Below, one piece after another: positions 29,739 to 38,416 of a stretch of DNA of 64,000 nucleotides. A program made the translations under genes and the position numbers. This DNA is from Gemmatimonadales bacterium. Lineage in GTDB: Bacteria > Gemmatimonadota > Gemmatimonadetes > Gemmatimonadales > GWC2-71-9. Under the pieces are notes generated by a model that was not told where the DNA came from, did not search any database, and saw nothing but the letters and a program-made list of their open reading frames with translations. Numbering within the stretch: position 1 is the stretch's first letter; every line of letters begins with the position of its first letter. Where the stretch lies: positions 18,531-82,530 of the forward strand of contig JBQTHV010000036.1 in NCBI GenBank assembly GCA_052389555.1, written 5' to 3'.

Positions 29739-30368
29739 TCAGGTCCTTTCCTGGCGGGTTATGTGATGAACGTAGACGAACCGCTGCACGACGGTGATCG
29801 TGGAGAAGACCGCCAGCACCGCCACGATAGTCTGGAGGACGGTAACGGTGAGGGGGCCGTGGCCGACCAGAATGGTCGGGACTCCGATCGCCAGCAGCCG
29901 CTCGGCCCGCTGCACCAACCCGACCTTGCACTCGAGGCCGAGCCCTTCCGCCCGCGCCCGCGCGTACGAAACCAGCAAGGAACTGAGCACCGCGATCATG
30001 CACAGCGTGACGGTTTCGATGCGCCAGGGGACCCCGGGCTCCCGGAGCAGAAAGACCGCGATGCCGATGAAGGTGACTCCGTCGCCCACCCGGTCGAGGG
30101 TGGAATCATAGAAGGCGCCGAATTTGGAGACTCGGTGGCCGTGCCGCGCCACCTGGCCGTCAAACGTATCGACGATTCCGCTGCCAATCAGCAGTATCCC
30201 GCCGAGCCGGATCCACCCTCCCCCATACGCGATCGCCGAAAGCACAACGAGTACCGCGCCGATCGTCGTGATCGTGTTCGGCGGCACGTGCTGCCGATGC
30301 AGCCACTCCGCGATGGGAAACGTCGCGGAGAGAAAGCCCCGCTCAACTGCCTTCGGGACCAGCTTCAT
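29739..30368 (-). CDS. CDP-alcohol phosphatidyltransferase (candidate phosphatidylinositol-phosphate synthase)
   Basis: The motif DTFDGQVARHGHRVSKFGAFYDSTLDRVGD fits D-x2-DG-x2-AR-x8-G-x3-D-x3-D. The protein is multi-TM, and only 1 nt (29738) separates it from ino1. The substrate is inferred from context only. Confidence 0.8.
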   Translation of the reverse strand: MKLVPKAVERGFLSATFPIAEWLHRQHVPPNTITTIGAVLVVLSAIAYGGGWIRLGGILLIGSGIVDTFDGQVARHGHRVSKFGAFYDSTLDRVGDGVTFIGIAVFLLREPGVPWRIETVTLCMIAVLSSLLVSYARARAEGLGLECKVGLVQRAERLLAIGVPTILVGHGPLTVTVLQTIVAVLAVFSTITVVQRFVYVHHITRQERT

Positions 30369-30472
30369 CGGGTTTCGAGGCTGCCGGCGCTAGGATGGAG
30401 CATCGAGAGTGGCAAGGCTTGCGCGCGGGTGAAGATAGCGGGAGAGGTCCGGCGCGGCAAACCGGTGCACCC

Positions 30473-31723
30473 CTAATGATAGAGCAGCACGGATGCACGC
30501 CGGAGCTCCCAGGCCGCTCGTGCGGCACTCCATCCGGCGGTGATCTGCCCCGCTGGCATGCCGGCAACCAGGGCTTGACGCAGCGCAGGGCCTCCAGCCA
30601 GGCGGTCGAAATGAGCTTCGCGAAAGCCGATGCGATCGGGGTGGACCTGCTGCACCGCGACCAGCAATGCCACTGCCGCGGCCGTCGGGTCGTAGCGGTG
30701 AGGACGGGTAAGCACGAGCCGGATACCCACAACCGGCACGCCGGCGAACTTTCCATCACCGGGATCGGAGGGTGTGAATTGCACCGAATCGAACCGGACG
30801 CCCCGGGCTTCGGGCTCGAGCGCCGCCATCACGCGGGGGACGTCGAGCCACGGTGCTCCGATCTGGTGGAACGGCGCGTCGGTTCCCCGTCCCACCGAGA
30901 GTGCGGTCCCCTCGAACAGGCACAGCCCCGGATAGTGAAACAGGCCCTCCAGATCGCGAAGATTCGGACTGGGGGGGACAAAAGGAAGACCGGTTTCGCC
31001 CAGCGGCATGGAGCGGGACCATCCCACCGCCGGCACTACGCGGAGATCGGCGCCGATGCCGAGCTCTCGATTGGCCAGGCGCGCGAGTTCGGCCAATGTC
31101 ATGCCGTGCCGCATCGGCATGGCCAGCGGGCCGACGAAGGACCGATACGCCGAATCCAGCACGTTGCCCTGCACCGCACCGCCGATCGGGTTAGGCCGGT
31201 CCAGGACGATGACGGTGCGGCCGAGCCGAACCGCCGCGCGCATGACCTCGATCGTCGTGCTGAGGTAGGTGTAGTACCGGGCTCCTACGTCGGGGAGATC
31301 GACCAGGATTACCTGGACCCCCGCGAGCATCGAATCGCTCGGCTGCCGGCGCTCCCCATAGAGGCTGTAGATTGGAAGACCGGTGGCGCTGTCGATCGTC
31401 GAGGCTACCGGCTGGCCCGGCGCAGCGCTCCCCCGAAAGCCGTGCTCGGGGCTCATCAGCGCCACCAGCCGGACGCGCGCATCGAGAAGGCGCTCGACAT
31501 CGCTCCTACCGCGGGCATCGATGCCGGCCTGGTTCGATACCAGGGCCACCGTGCGGTCCCGAACCAAGTGGACGCTGTCCCGGAGGAGGACCTCAATCCC
31601 GGGCCGCACACGGGGTTCCGGCGCCGGCGCCGGCGCCCCGGCTGGCGCACACGCTGAAACCGCAACCAGGGCGATTATCCAACCCTCTTTCCCGCCGAGA
31701 TACCCGTGTCGATTCGCCGTCAC
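30473..31723 (-). CDS. DUF1343 family exo-beta-N-acetylmuramidase-like protein (NamZ/YbbC family)
   Basis: ALVSNQAGIDARG...LVALMSPEHGFRG...LPIYSLYG...ILVDLPDVGARYYTY...VLDRPNPIGG, with a lipoprotein-like N-terminus (VAVSAC). The GTG start is uncertain because it overlaps the divergent nagZ start. Confidence 0.82.
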   Translation of the reverse strand: MTANRHGYLGGKEGWIIALVAVSACAPAGAPAPAPEPRVRPGIEVLLRDSVHLVRDRTVALVSNQAGIDARGRSDVERLLDARVRLVALMSPEHGFRGSAAPGQPVASTIDSATGLPIYSLYGERRQPSDSMLAGVQVILVDLPDVGARYYTYLSTTIEVMRAAVRLGRTVIVLDRPNPIGGAVQGNVLDSAYRSFVGPLAMPMRHGMTLAELARLANRELGIGADLRVVPAVGWSRSMPLGETGLPFVPPSPNLRDLEGLFHYPGLCLFEGTALSVGRGTDAPFHQIGAPWLDVPRVMAALEPEARGVRFDSVQFTPSDPGDGKFAGVPVVGIRLVLTRPHRYDPTAAAVALLVAVQQVHPDRIGFREAHFDRLAGGPALRQALVAGMPAGQITAGWSAARAAWELRRASVLLYH

Positions 31724-33466
31724 CTGGTAATTGCCTTTCTTGTTTCACTCGCGCCCGCGGTGACCCTGGCCCAGCAACCGCCCGCCCGGCAGCGGCCTGT
31801 CAGGGTCCCGGGTGAGGTGGCACGACTGCTTCGCACGCTGCCGCTCAGAGATCGAATTGCCCAGCTCGTGATGCCGTGGATCCCGGGCAGCTATGCAGCC
31901 TTCGACGATTCGGCCCTGGCGCAGGTCCGGGCCTGGGTTGATTCCGTGCGCGTCGGTGGGATCGTCGTGTCGATCGGCTCGCCGCTCGACATCGCGGCCA
32001 AGCTGAACTTTCTCCAACGCCGCTCCCGGCTGCCGCTCCTCATCGCCTCGGACCTCGAGGCCGGGACCAGCATTCGGTTCAACGGCGGAACTCCCTTCCC
32101 TACCAATATGGGCGTGGGCGCATCGGGGAGCGAGTCGGATGCGTTCGCGATGGGACGGATCACCGCCGCGGAGGGACGCGCGGCCGGGATCCATCTCACG
32201 TTTGCGCCGGTCGCCGACGTCAACAACAATCCGGCGAATCCGATCATCAACACCCGTGCGTTCGGCAGCGACGCGCGCGAGGTAGCCCGCCTGGTTGCGG
32301 CGGCCGTTCGCGGCACCGAGACGGGGGGCATGCTGGCGACCGCGAAGCACTTCCCCGGACACGGAGATACCGACACCGATTCGCATCTCGCGCTCCCGGT
32401 GATCCGGGCCGACTGGCCCCGGCTCGATTCGCTCGAGCTGGTCCCGTTCCGGTCCGCGATCGCGGCAGGAGTCAGCGTGATCATGTCCGCGCACGTGGCG
32501 CTTCCCGAGCTGACCCAGGGCACGACCCCGGCCACCCTGGATCCGGCGATCCTCACGGGGGTCCTGCGCGACTCCCTGGGGTTCACCGGCCTGGTGGTGA
32601 CCGACGCCCTGAACATGGGCGCTCTGGTGAACAGCTATGGGTCCGGCGAAGCCGCGGTGCGCGCGCTGGAGGCGGGCACGGACATTCTGCTGATGCCGCT
32701 CGATCCGCGCAGCGCGGTGGAGGCGGTGGAAGCGGCAATCCGTACCGGGCGCCTAACCCGCGAGCGGATCGACACCTCGCTCCGCCGGATTCTGCTGGCC
32801 AAACACCGGCTCGGCCTTTTCCGCCGCCGCACCGTGGACCTCGACCAGCTCGGCTTCGTGGTCGGCCGGCGGGAGCATCGAGACACCGCCCTCGGGGTGT
32901 CCCGCCGGGCCATCGTCGTGGTGCGCGACACGCTGGGCATCCTGGACAGCCTGCGGACCGGACCCCGCCCGGTCGCTCTGGTGACCTATGCCGATGCCTA
33001 CTCCCAGCCGTTCGGGAGCACGCTGAGCGCCGAACTCACCAAGCGCGGCTATTCGGTGAGGACCTTCCGGCTCTCGGCGACGAGCGGGCCGGAGGCCTAC
33101 GACTCCGCCGCTGCCGTGTTAGGGAACTCCCGGCTGGCGCTCTTCGCGACCTCCATCCGGGTCGCGGCCTGGCGGGGCGCGATCGCGATGCCGGAACGGC
33201 TGGCCGATCTGATCGAGCGATCGGTGCGCGATCGCCCGACCGGTCTCCTATCGTTCGGCACTCCCTATCTGCTTGCCCAGGTCCCCAAGGTGCCGTTCTA
33301 CCTGCTGGCCTGGACCGGGAACCCGGTGATGGAGGAAGCCGTCGCGGGGGCGCTGACCGGCGCGGCCATCACCGGGCGCCTGCCGATCGACCTGCCGCCC
33401 GGCTACCCGTGGGGATGGGGCGTACCAAAGGACGGCCGGACGGCGGGACGGCCGGACGGCAGGTGA
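31706..33466 (+). CDS. nagZ: glycoside hydrolase family 3 beta-N-acetylhexosaminidase
   Basis: Signal peptide, then ...LLIASDLEAG...FAPVADVNNNPANPIINTRAFG...AKHFPGHGDTDTDSH.... The C-terminus KDGRTAGRPDGR* is encoded by the octamer array. Confidence 0.88.
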   Translation: MSIRRHLVIAFLVSLAPAVTLAQQPPARQRPVRVPGEVARLLRTLPLRDRIAQLVMPWIPGSYAAFDDSALAQVRAWVDSVRVGGIVVSIGSPLDIAAKLNFLQRRSRLPLLIASDLEAGTSIRFNGGTPFPTNMGVGASGSESDAFAMGRITAAEGRAAGIHLTFAPVADVNNNPANPIINTRAFGSDAREVARLVAAAVRGTETGGMLATAKHFPGHGDTDTDSHLALPVIRADWPRLDSLELVPFRSAIAAGVSVIMSAHVALPELTQGTTPATLDPAILTGVLRDSLGFTGLVVTDALNMGALVNSYGSGEAAVRALEAGTDILLMPLDPRSAVEAVEAAIRTGRLTRERIDTSLRRILLAKHRLGLFRRRTVDLDQLGFVVGRREHRDTALGVSRRAIVVVRDTLGILDSLRTGPRPVALVTYADAYSQPFGSTLSAELTKRGYSVRTFRLSATSGPEAYDSAAAVLGNSRLALFATSIRVAAWRGAIAMPERLADLIERSVRDRPTGLLSFGTPYLLAQVPKVPFYLLAWTGNPVMEEAVAGALTGAAITGRLPIDLPPGYPWGWGVPKDGRTAGRPDGR

Positions 33467-33555
33467 GCGGCAGGGCGGCAGGATGGCAAGACGGCAGGTG
33501 ACTCGGCACCTGGGGGGCTCGGCAGCTCGGCGGCTCGGCGGCTCGGCGCTCGGCG
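33431..33555. repeat. run of about 15 consecutive octamers (GACGGCNG, CAGGNNGG, TCGGCNNC)
   Basis: gacggccg gacggcgg gacggccg gacggcag gtgagcgg cagggcgg caggatgg caagacgg caggtgac tcggcacc tggggggc tcggcagc tcggcggc tcggcggc tcggcgc. The run covers the nagZ stop, the 16-nt spacer and the first 24 codons of the next gene. Confidence 0.85.
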
Positions 33556-34787
33556 TTGCACTGCTGGCTGCCTGCGCGGGGAATCGGCCCGGAGCCCTCG
33601 CGTCCCCCCGACTCTGTCCTAACCCGACCTGCGCGCTCGACTCGATCACCCCGCTGCTGGATTCGGCGGTCGCGACCGGTGCCGCACCGGGCGCGATGCT
33701 CGGGGTCTCCTACCGGGGGGCGCGGTATCTCTACGGCACCGGCCGGCTCGCCCTCGACGATCCCCGGCGGCCCGACGGCCACACCATTTACGATCTCGCC
33801 TCGCTCACCAAGCTGATCGCGACCACCACGCTCACGATGATGGCCGTGAGCGAGGGCCGGCTGGAGCTGGATACACCAGTCGGGCGCTACTTGCCGGCGT
33901 ATGCAGGACCGGGGAAGGAGGCGGTGACCATCCGTCACCTGCTCACCCACTCGAGCGGCTTGCCGGCCCACCGGCCCCTGTGGCGCGAGACTCCCGACCG
34001 GGAGGCCGCGCTCCGGCTGGTGAACCGCACCCCCCTCGACACACCGCCCGGCACCCGGATGGTGTATTCCGACCTCGGTGTCATCGTGTTAGGCCAGGTC
34101 ATCGAGCAGATCTATCATGACCGCCTCGACCGCCTGGCTGGACGACGGATCTTCCGCCCGCTGGGCATGCGTTCGACGGGGTTCCGGCCTAACCCGGGAG
34201 CTCTGCCTCGCATCGCGGCGACCGAATACGACACGGCCTGGCGCAAGCGGATCGTGCGCGGCGAGGTGCACGACGAGAACGCCGCCTGGCTCGGCGGGGT
34301 AGCCGGGCAGGCGGGGCTGTTCGGGAGTGCGGTGGACCTGTTGGCGTTTGGAGAGTGGCTGCTTTCGGTGGCAGGACGGCAGGACGGCAAGACGGCAGGA
34401 GGCGATGGATCGTCAGCGGGTGCGGCTCACCTGCCGTCCGGCCGTCTTGCCGTCCTGCCACCTGTGGCTCGCGAATTCACCCGCAGGCAGCACGTCGTTT
34501 CCGGCTCCTCGCGGGCGCTGGGCTGGGACACCCCATCACCGGGAAGCAGCGCCGGCACCGAGCTCGACTCGACCAGCTTTGGTCATACCGGCTTCACCGG
34601 CACCTCGTTATGGATCGATCCGACCCGTGATTTGGTGATTGTCCTGCTGACGAACCGAGTCCACCCGACCCGGAGCAACCCGAGAATCGGGCCGCTCCGG
34701 ATCGCGGTAGCCAACCGGGTGGTGAGCTTGCTGGAGGATTTGCGGGTTAGGACTACTTTCCGATTGCCACGTTTACCCGGGCAATGA
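33483..34787 (+). CDS. serine hydrolase, beta-lactamase/transpeptidase-like (class C / AmpH-like) lipoprotein
   Basis: Lipobox LLAAC and the SxxK motif YDLASLTKLIATT, then ...HLLTHSSGLP...YSDLG...FGHTGFTGTSLWIDP. It contains an in-frame repeat insertion at 34368-34461. Confidence 0.85.
   Translation: MARRQVTRHLGGSAARRLGGSALGVALLAACAGNRPGALASPRLCPNPTCALDSITPLLDSAVATGAAPGAMLGVSYRGARYLYGTGRLALDDPRRPDGHTIYDLASLTKLIATTTLTMMAVSEGRLELDTPVGRYLPAYAGPGKEAVTIRHLLTHSSGLPAHRPLWRETPDREAALRLVNRTPLDTPPGTRMVYSDLGVIVLGQVIEQIYHDRLDRLAGRRIFRPLGMRSTGFRPNPGALPRIAATEYDTAWRKRIVRGEVHDENAAWLGGVAGQAGLFGSAVDLLAFGEWLLSVAGRQDGKTAGGDGSSAGAAHLPSGRLAVLPPVAREFTRRQHVVSGSSRALGWDTPSPGSSAGTELDSTSFGHTGFTGTSLWIDPTRDLVIVLLTNRVHPTRSNPRIGPLRIAVANRVVSLLEDLRVRTTFRLPRLPGQ
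34368..34461. repeat. inverted octamer arrays (GGCAGGAC)n / (GTCCTGCC)n forming a ~30-bp stem, in frame inside the serine hydrolase
   Basis: gtggcaggacggcaggacggcaagacggcagg (34368-34399) faces cctgccgtccggccgtcttgccgtcctgccac (34430-34461). It encodes [32 protein letters not shown]. Confidence 0.88.
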
Positions 34788-35391
34788 AGGCAACGTCGTC
34801 ACCCCCATCGGGGCCTCCGATGATGAATCGGATGGCGGGCACCGCCGAAATGCGGTTGCTGAAGATCAGACCCACTCCGGCATCGAGCAGCAGTACGACA
34901 TCGGTCTCGGACTCGGACTCGTCGAGGACCTCGAAGGTCGATCGCTGGAAGCCGAGCTGGGCCGCGCCGGTGAGGACGATGTTGAGGCTGCTGGAGCCCG
35001 ACGAGACGGGATAGCCTCCGGAAAGCCCGCCCGTCGCGAGGATGTAACTGAACCCGTCCTTTTCAAAGCCGTACTGAAAGCCGACGATTGGGCAAAGACT
35101 GACTTTGTCTCCCAGCTTCTGGCTGATCTCCTTGCCTCCCACCGCGCTGACAAAGAGTTGCGAACCGCCGCCGCCCTCATAGTCGGTAAACCCCAGCGCG
35201 GCCCCACCGAAGAGACCACCGTCTTTTCCGACGCCGACCCCGCCCGACAGGCTGGTGCCGCCATCGAGCTGGAGGGCTCCGCCGATTTTCAACGCCCCCG
35301 CGCTCCAGGCGGCCTGCCCCACGCACATCTGAGCCTGTACCGCAACCGGAACCGCAGCTAGCCCCACGAGGAGCAACGCCACTCTGCGCAT
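34753..35391 (-). CDS. putative outer-membrane beta-barrel protein
   Basis: Signal peptide MRRVALLLVGLAAVPVAVQAQ and Gly-rich alternating strands. It overlaps the convergent hydrolase 3' end by 35 nt. Confidence 0.6.
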   Translation of the reverse strand: MRRVALLLVGLAAVPVAVQAQMCVGQAAWSAGALKIGGALQLDGGTSLSGGVGVGKDGGLFGGAALGFTDYEGGGGSQLFVSAVGGKEISQKLGDKVSLCPIVGFQYGFEKDGFSYILATGGLSGGYPVSSGSSSLNIVLTGAAQLGFQRSTFEVLDESESETDVVLLLDAGVGLIFSNRISAVPAIRFIIGGPDGGDDVAFIARVNVAIGK

Positions 35392-35506
35392 GGTCTAACC
35401 TCCACTGAAGGGGAAAGGCCGGAGGAGCGATCGGACTGGGTCCCTCGCCGTTACAATCTAGCTAGCCAGAACGCGATTGCTGCACTCCAGGGTTTCAATG
35501 CGTCAG

Positions 35507-35535
35507 TTGACCTGGAAAACCGTCTCTCCTAAGTT
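35507..35535 (+). promoter_or_regulatory. candidate sigma70-type promoter (TTGACC-N17-TAAGTT)
   Basis: ttgacc lies at 35507-35512, followed by a 17-nt spacer and taagtt at 35530-35535, about 40 nt upstream of the iscA-like start. Confidence 0.35.
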
Positions 35536-35576
35536 TCTCCCAAGGCGCCGCATGCGCGGCACACACTTTGCGAGAC

Positions 35577-35954
35577 ATGAGGAGCATGAGTTCAGTCGGC
35601 CAGGAAACCCAGACCAGCGGCATTCAGGTCAACCTCACCCCTCGAGCGGTCGAGGAGGTCCTGAAGTTCATGGAACTCGAAAAGGTCCAACCGGATATCG
35701 GGGGTCTCAGGGTGAGCGTCTTGCCGGGGGGGTGCTCCGGCTTCAAGTACAGCCTGAACATCGAGGATCAGCCTCTCGAGGACGACCACATCATCCCGGT
35801 CGACCGGGTCCGCGTGTTTGTTGATGGGTTCAGTCTCCAGTACCTGAATGGCGTTACGATCGACTACGTCTCCTCGATGCAGGGCTCCGGCTTCACCTTC
35901 GACAATCCCAACGCCACCGGGGGCTGCGGTTGCGGAAGCAGCTTCACGGCTTGA
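35577..35954 (+). CDS. iron-sulfur cluster insertion protein (IscA/ErpA/HesB family)
   Basis: LRVSVLPGGCSGFKYSL...VDGFSLQYLNGVTIDYV...FDNPNATGGCGCGSSF. Three close alternative starts exist (35568 TTG, 35577 ATG, 35586 ATG). Confidence 0.88.
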   Translation: MRSMSSVGQETQTSGIQVNLTPRAVEEVLKFMELEKVQPDIGGLRVSVLPGGCSGFKYSLNIEDQPLEDDHIIPVDRVRVFVDGFSLQYLNGVTIDYVSSMQGSGFTFDNPNATGGCGCGSSFTA

Positions 35955-35979
35955 GCGCACTCTGACGCTCAGAAGGTCA

Positions 35980-36010
35980 GCCCGCCGGATGTGAACCGGC
36001 GGGCATTTTT
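35980..36010 (+). terminator. intrinsic terminator after the iscA-like gene
   Basis: gcccgccgg (35980-35988) pairs with ccggcgggc (35996-36004), followed by attttt. Confidence 0.8.
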
Positions 36011-36022
36011 CTAGGTGCGAGG

Positions 36023-37492
36023 ATGCGCCCTCTCGACCTCGCCGTCATCCTGCTCTACTTCGCCCTCACGCTCGGGGTGGGGCTCTGGGTCACCCGGTCG
36101 CAGCGCACCGCGAGCGACTATTTCCTGGGCGCCCGCGACCTTCCCGCCTCCGCGGTTCTGCTGTCCATCGTGGCGACCGAGACCTCGGCGCTCACCGTCA
36201 TCTCGATTCCCGGGTTAGGGGCCCGGGGCGATCTCACCTTCCTCCAGCTCGCGTTCGGCTACCTGGTCGGCCGGTCCCTGGTGGCCTGGTGGCTGCTGCC
36301 GGGGTATTTCACCGGCCAGCAGGAGACCGCGTATGCCCGCCTGGAATCGCGGTTCGGCACCGGCACCCGGCGGCTGATCTCGGGGTGCTTTCTGGCCACT
36401 CGCTTCCTGGGAGACGGGGTGCGAATCTTCGCGGGGGCGATTCCCCTCGCGCTGGTGACCGGCTGGAGTATTCCGGGAGCCATTCTGGCCATGGGCGCGG
36501 TGACCCTGCTCTACACCTACCTCGGGGGACTCAAAGCGGTGGTGTGGGCCGACGTGATCCAGCTCGTGGTATACCTGGGCGGCGGGCTCGCCGCGCTCGC
36601 CATTGCAGCCGGTCTCGCCGGCGGTCTCGGGCCGGCGCTCGATCTCGCCGCGGCGGCCGACAAGCTTCGGATCGTGAATCCCTCGCTCTCGCTCTCCGCG
36701 CCATACACGTTTCTCGGCGGGATGGTGGGGGGCGCCCTGCTCTCGGCAGCCTCCCACGGCACTGATCATCTCATCGTGCAGCGGCTGCTCGCGACCCGAT
36801 CGCTCCGCGATGCTCGCCGGGCCCTGGTAGGGTCGGGCGTCGTGGTGATTCTGCAGTTCCTGCTGTTCCTCCTGGTGGGCGTCACGATCTGGGCCGCGGG
36901 TGCCGCGCCCGCCGAGGTCCCGGGCGACCAGGTCTTTCCCCGCTTCATCGTGACCAGTCTGCCGGCGGGACTGGCCGGGCTGGTGATCGCCGGCATTCTC
37001 GCGGCGGCCATGAGCACGATCAGCTCGTCGATCAACGCGCTCGCCTCTTCGGTGACCCACGACTTCTACGCGAGCATCACGGGGCGGCGCGAGCCCGAGC
37101 ACCTGCTCAAGGTGGGCCGCGGTTTCTCGGCGGTCTGGGGAGTCGGGCTGGTCGGTGCGGCGCTCGGGTTCGCCGCCTATGCCACCGAGACCGACACGCC
37201 GGTGGTCGTGCTGGCCCTCTCGATCGCGTCGGTGACCTATGGGGCGCTGCTGGGCACCTTCCTGCTGGCCGGCCGGTGGCACCGGGCTCGAGGGCGCGAC
37301 GCGGTGGCCGGTACCATCGTGACGCTGGCGGTCATGCTGGTGGTTATCTTCGCGCGGCGGCTCACCGAGGTCCCCGGGTTAGGATGGCTCGCTCCGATCG
37401 GCTCGCTGGCCTGGCCCTGGTATGTTCCGCTCGGTACCGCTCTGACCCTTCTGGTCGGGATTGCCTCGAGCGCGGTGCGGCGAAACTCATGA
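36023..37492 (+). CDS. sodium:solute symporter family transporter
   Basis: A 489-aa multi-pass protein reading DYFLGARDLPASAVLLSIVATETSALTVISIPG...YTYLGGLKAVVWADVIQ, typical of SSF. Confidence 0.82.
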   Translation: MRPLDLAVILLYFALTLGVGLWVTRSQRTASDYFLGARDLPASAVLLSIVATETSALTVISIPGLGARGDLTFLQLAFGYLVGRSLVAWWLLPGYFTGQQETAYARLESRFGTGTRRLISGCFLATRFLGDGVRIFAGAIPLALVTGWSIPGAILAMGAVTLLYTYLGGLKAVVWADVIQLVVYLGGGLAALAIAAGLAGGLGPALDLAAAADKLRIVNPSLSLSAPYTFLGGMVGGALLSAASHGTDHLIVQRLLATRSLRDARRALVGSGVVVILQFLLFLLVGVTIWAAGAAPAEVPGDQVFPRFIVTSLPAGLAGLVIAGILAAAMSTISSSINALASSVTHDFYASITGRREPEHLLKVGRGFSAVWGVGLVGAALGFAAYATETDTPVVVLALSIASVTYGALLGTFLLAGRWHRARGRDAVAGTIVTLAVMLVVIFARRLTEVPGLGWLAPIGSLAWPWYVPLGTALTLLVGIASSAVRRNS

Positions 37493-38388
37493 CGATCCTG
37501 CTTGGCGTCGACGCGGGAGGAACCCGGACCACCACGCTGGTAGCCCGGGGAGATCAGGTGATCGCCCGGGCCACCGGCAGCGCGGGTGCGGTGCGGCCGG
37601 GACGCGCGTTCCAGGCGGCAACCCGGATTGCCGCGGTGGCGCGACATGCGCTCACGGAAGCCGGTCTGCTGCAGGCCGGCGTCCTGACGGTCGGTGCCGC
37701 GGGCGTCGGCCGGGAGCCCGAGCGCACCGAGCTCCGCGAGGGACTGCGCACCGAGCGGCTCGCCGACCGGGTGGTGGTGACCGGGGATCTCGACATCGCG
37801 CTGCAGGCTGCTTTCGGCGACGGGCCCGGCATCGTCCTGCTCTCAGGGACGGGCAGCGTCGCGGTTGCGCGGACGCCGGATGGGACAGTCCACCGGCGCG
37901 GCGGCTACGGATGGCAGATCGGAGACGAGGGAAGCGGATTTGCCATTGGCCGCGCGGCACTCGCCGCCGTCTCCCGCGCGCGAGATGGCCGCGGGCCTGC
38001 CAGCGCCCTCAGCGATGCCGTGCTGCAGGCCTCGCCGGCGAGCGATTTCGATGGGCTGATCCGGTGGACCACCACCGCCGACCCGGCCGAGATCGCGGCC
38101 CTGGCGCCCTCGGTCTTTCGGGCCGCGCACACCGGCGACCCGGTCGCCCAGGGAATCGTGGCAGCGGCGGCGGAGGAGCTGGCCGCCCTGGTGGAATCGC
38201 TGGCCTCGCTCTTGGGAGACAGTCCGGCGATTCCGCTCGCCCTCGCCGGGGGAAACCTCGATCCGGGCCGCGGGCTGCGTCCCGCGGTGCTCGAGGTGCT
38301 GGAAGCCCGGCCCCGGTTCGCGATCCGGACCGAGCGGCTCGAGCCGGCGGAAGGGGCGCTGGCGCTCGCGCGCAAGCTTGCGGGTTAG
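37489..38388 (+). CDS. BadF/BadG/BcrA/BcrD-type ATPase, N-acetylglucosamine/MurNAc kinase-like
   Basis: MTILLGVDAGGTRT...VLLSGTGSVA...GWQIGDEGSGFAIG. The ATG overlaps the transporter stop (ATGA). The upstream part of the track ORF is the wrong frame of the transporter. Confidence 0.82.
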   Translation: MTILLGVDAGGTRTTTLVARGDQVIARATGSAGAVRPGRAFQAATRIAAVARHALTEAGLLQAGVLTVGAAGVGREPERTELREGLRTERLADRVVVTGDLDIALQAAFGDGPGIVLLSGTGSVAVARTPDGTVHRRGGYGWQIGDEGSGFAIGRAALAAVSRARDGRGPASALSDAVLQASPASDFDGLIRWTTTADPAEIAALAPSVFRAAHTGDPVAQGIVAAAAEELAALVESLASLLGDSPAIPLALAGGNLDPGRGLRPAVLEVLEARPRFAIRTERLEPAEGALALARKLAG

Positions 38389-38416
38389 GATCCAAAGACG
38401 ACGCAGAAAAAAGCAA

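Noticed and set aside
33431-33555. Possible CRISPR arrays, given the many short direct repeats at this and the other repeat loci.
   Set aside because: The units are only 7-9 nt and directly abut one another, with no 25-40-nt unique spacers. No cas genes are present in the window.
36211-36219. Resemblance of GGGTTAGGG / CCCTAACCC to the eukaryotic telomere repeat TTAGGG.
   Set aside because: The copies are single and dispersed, sit inside genes of a bacterial chromosome, and are never tandem. The resemblance is a coincidence of a short word.
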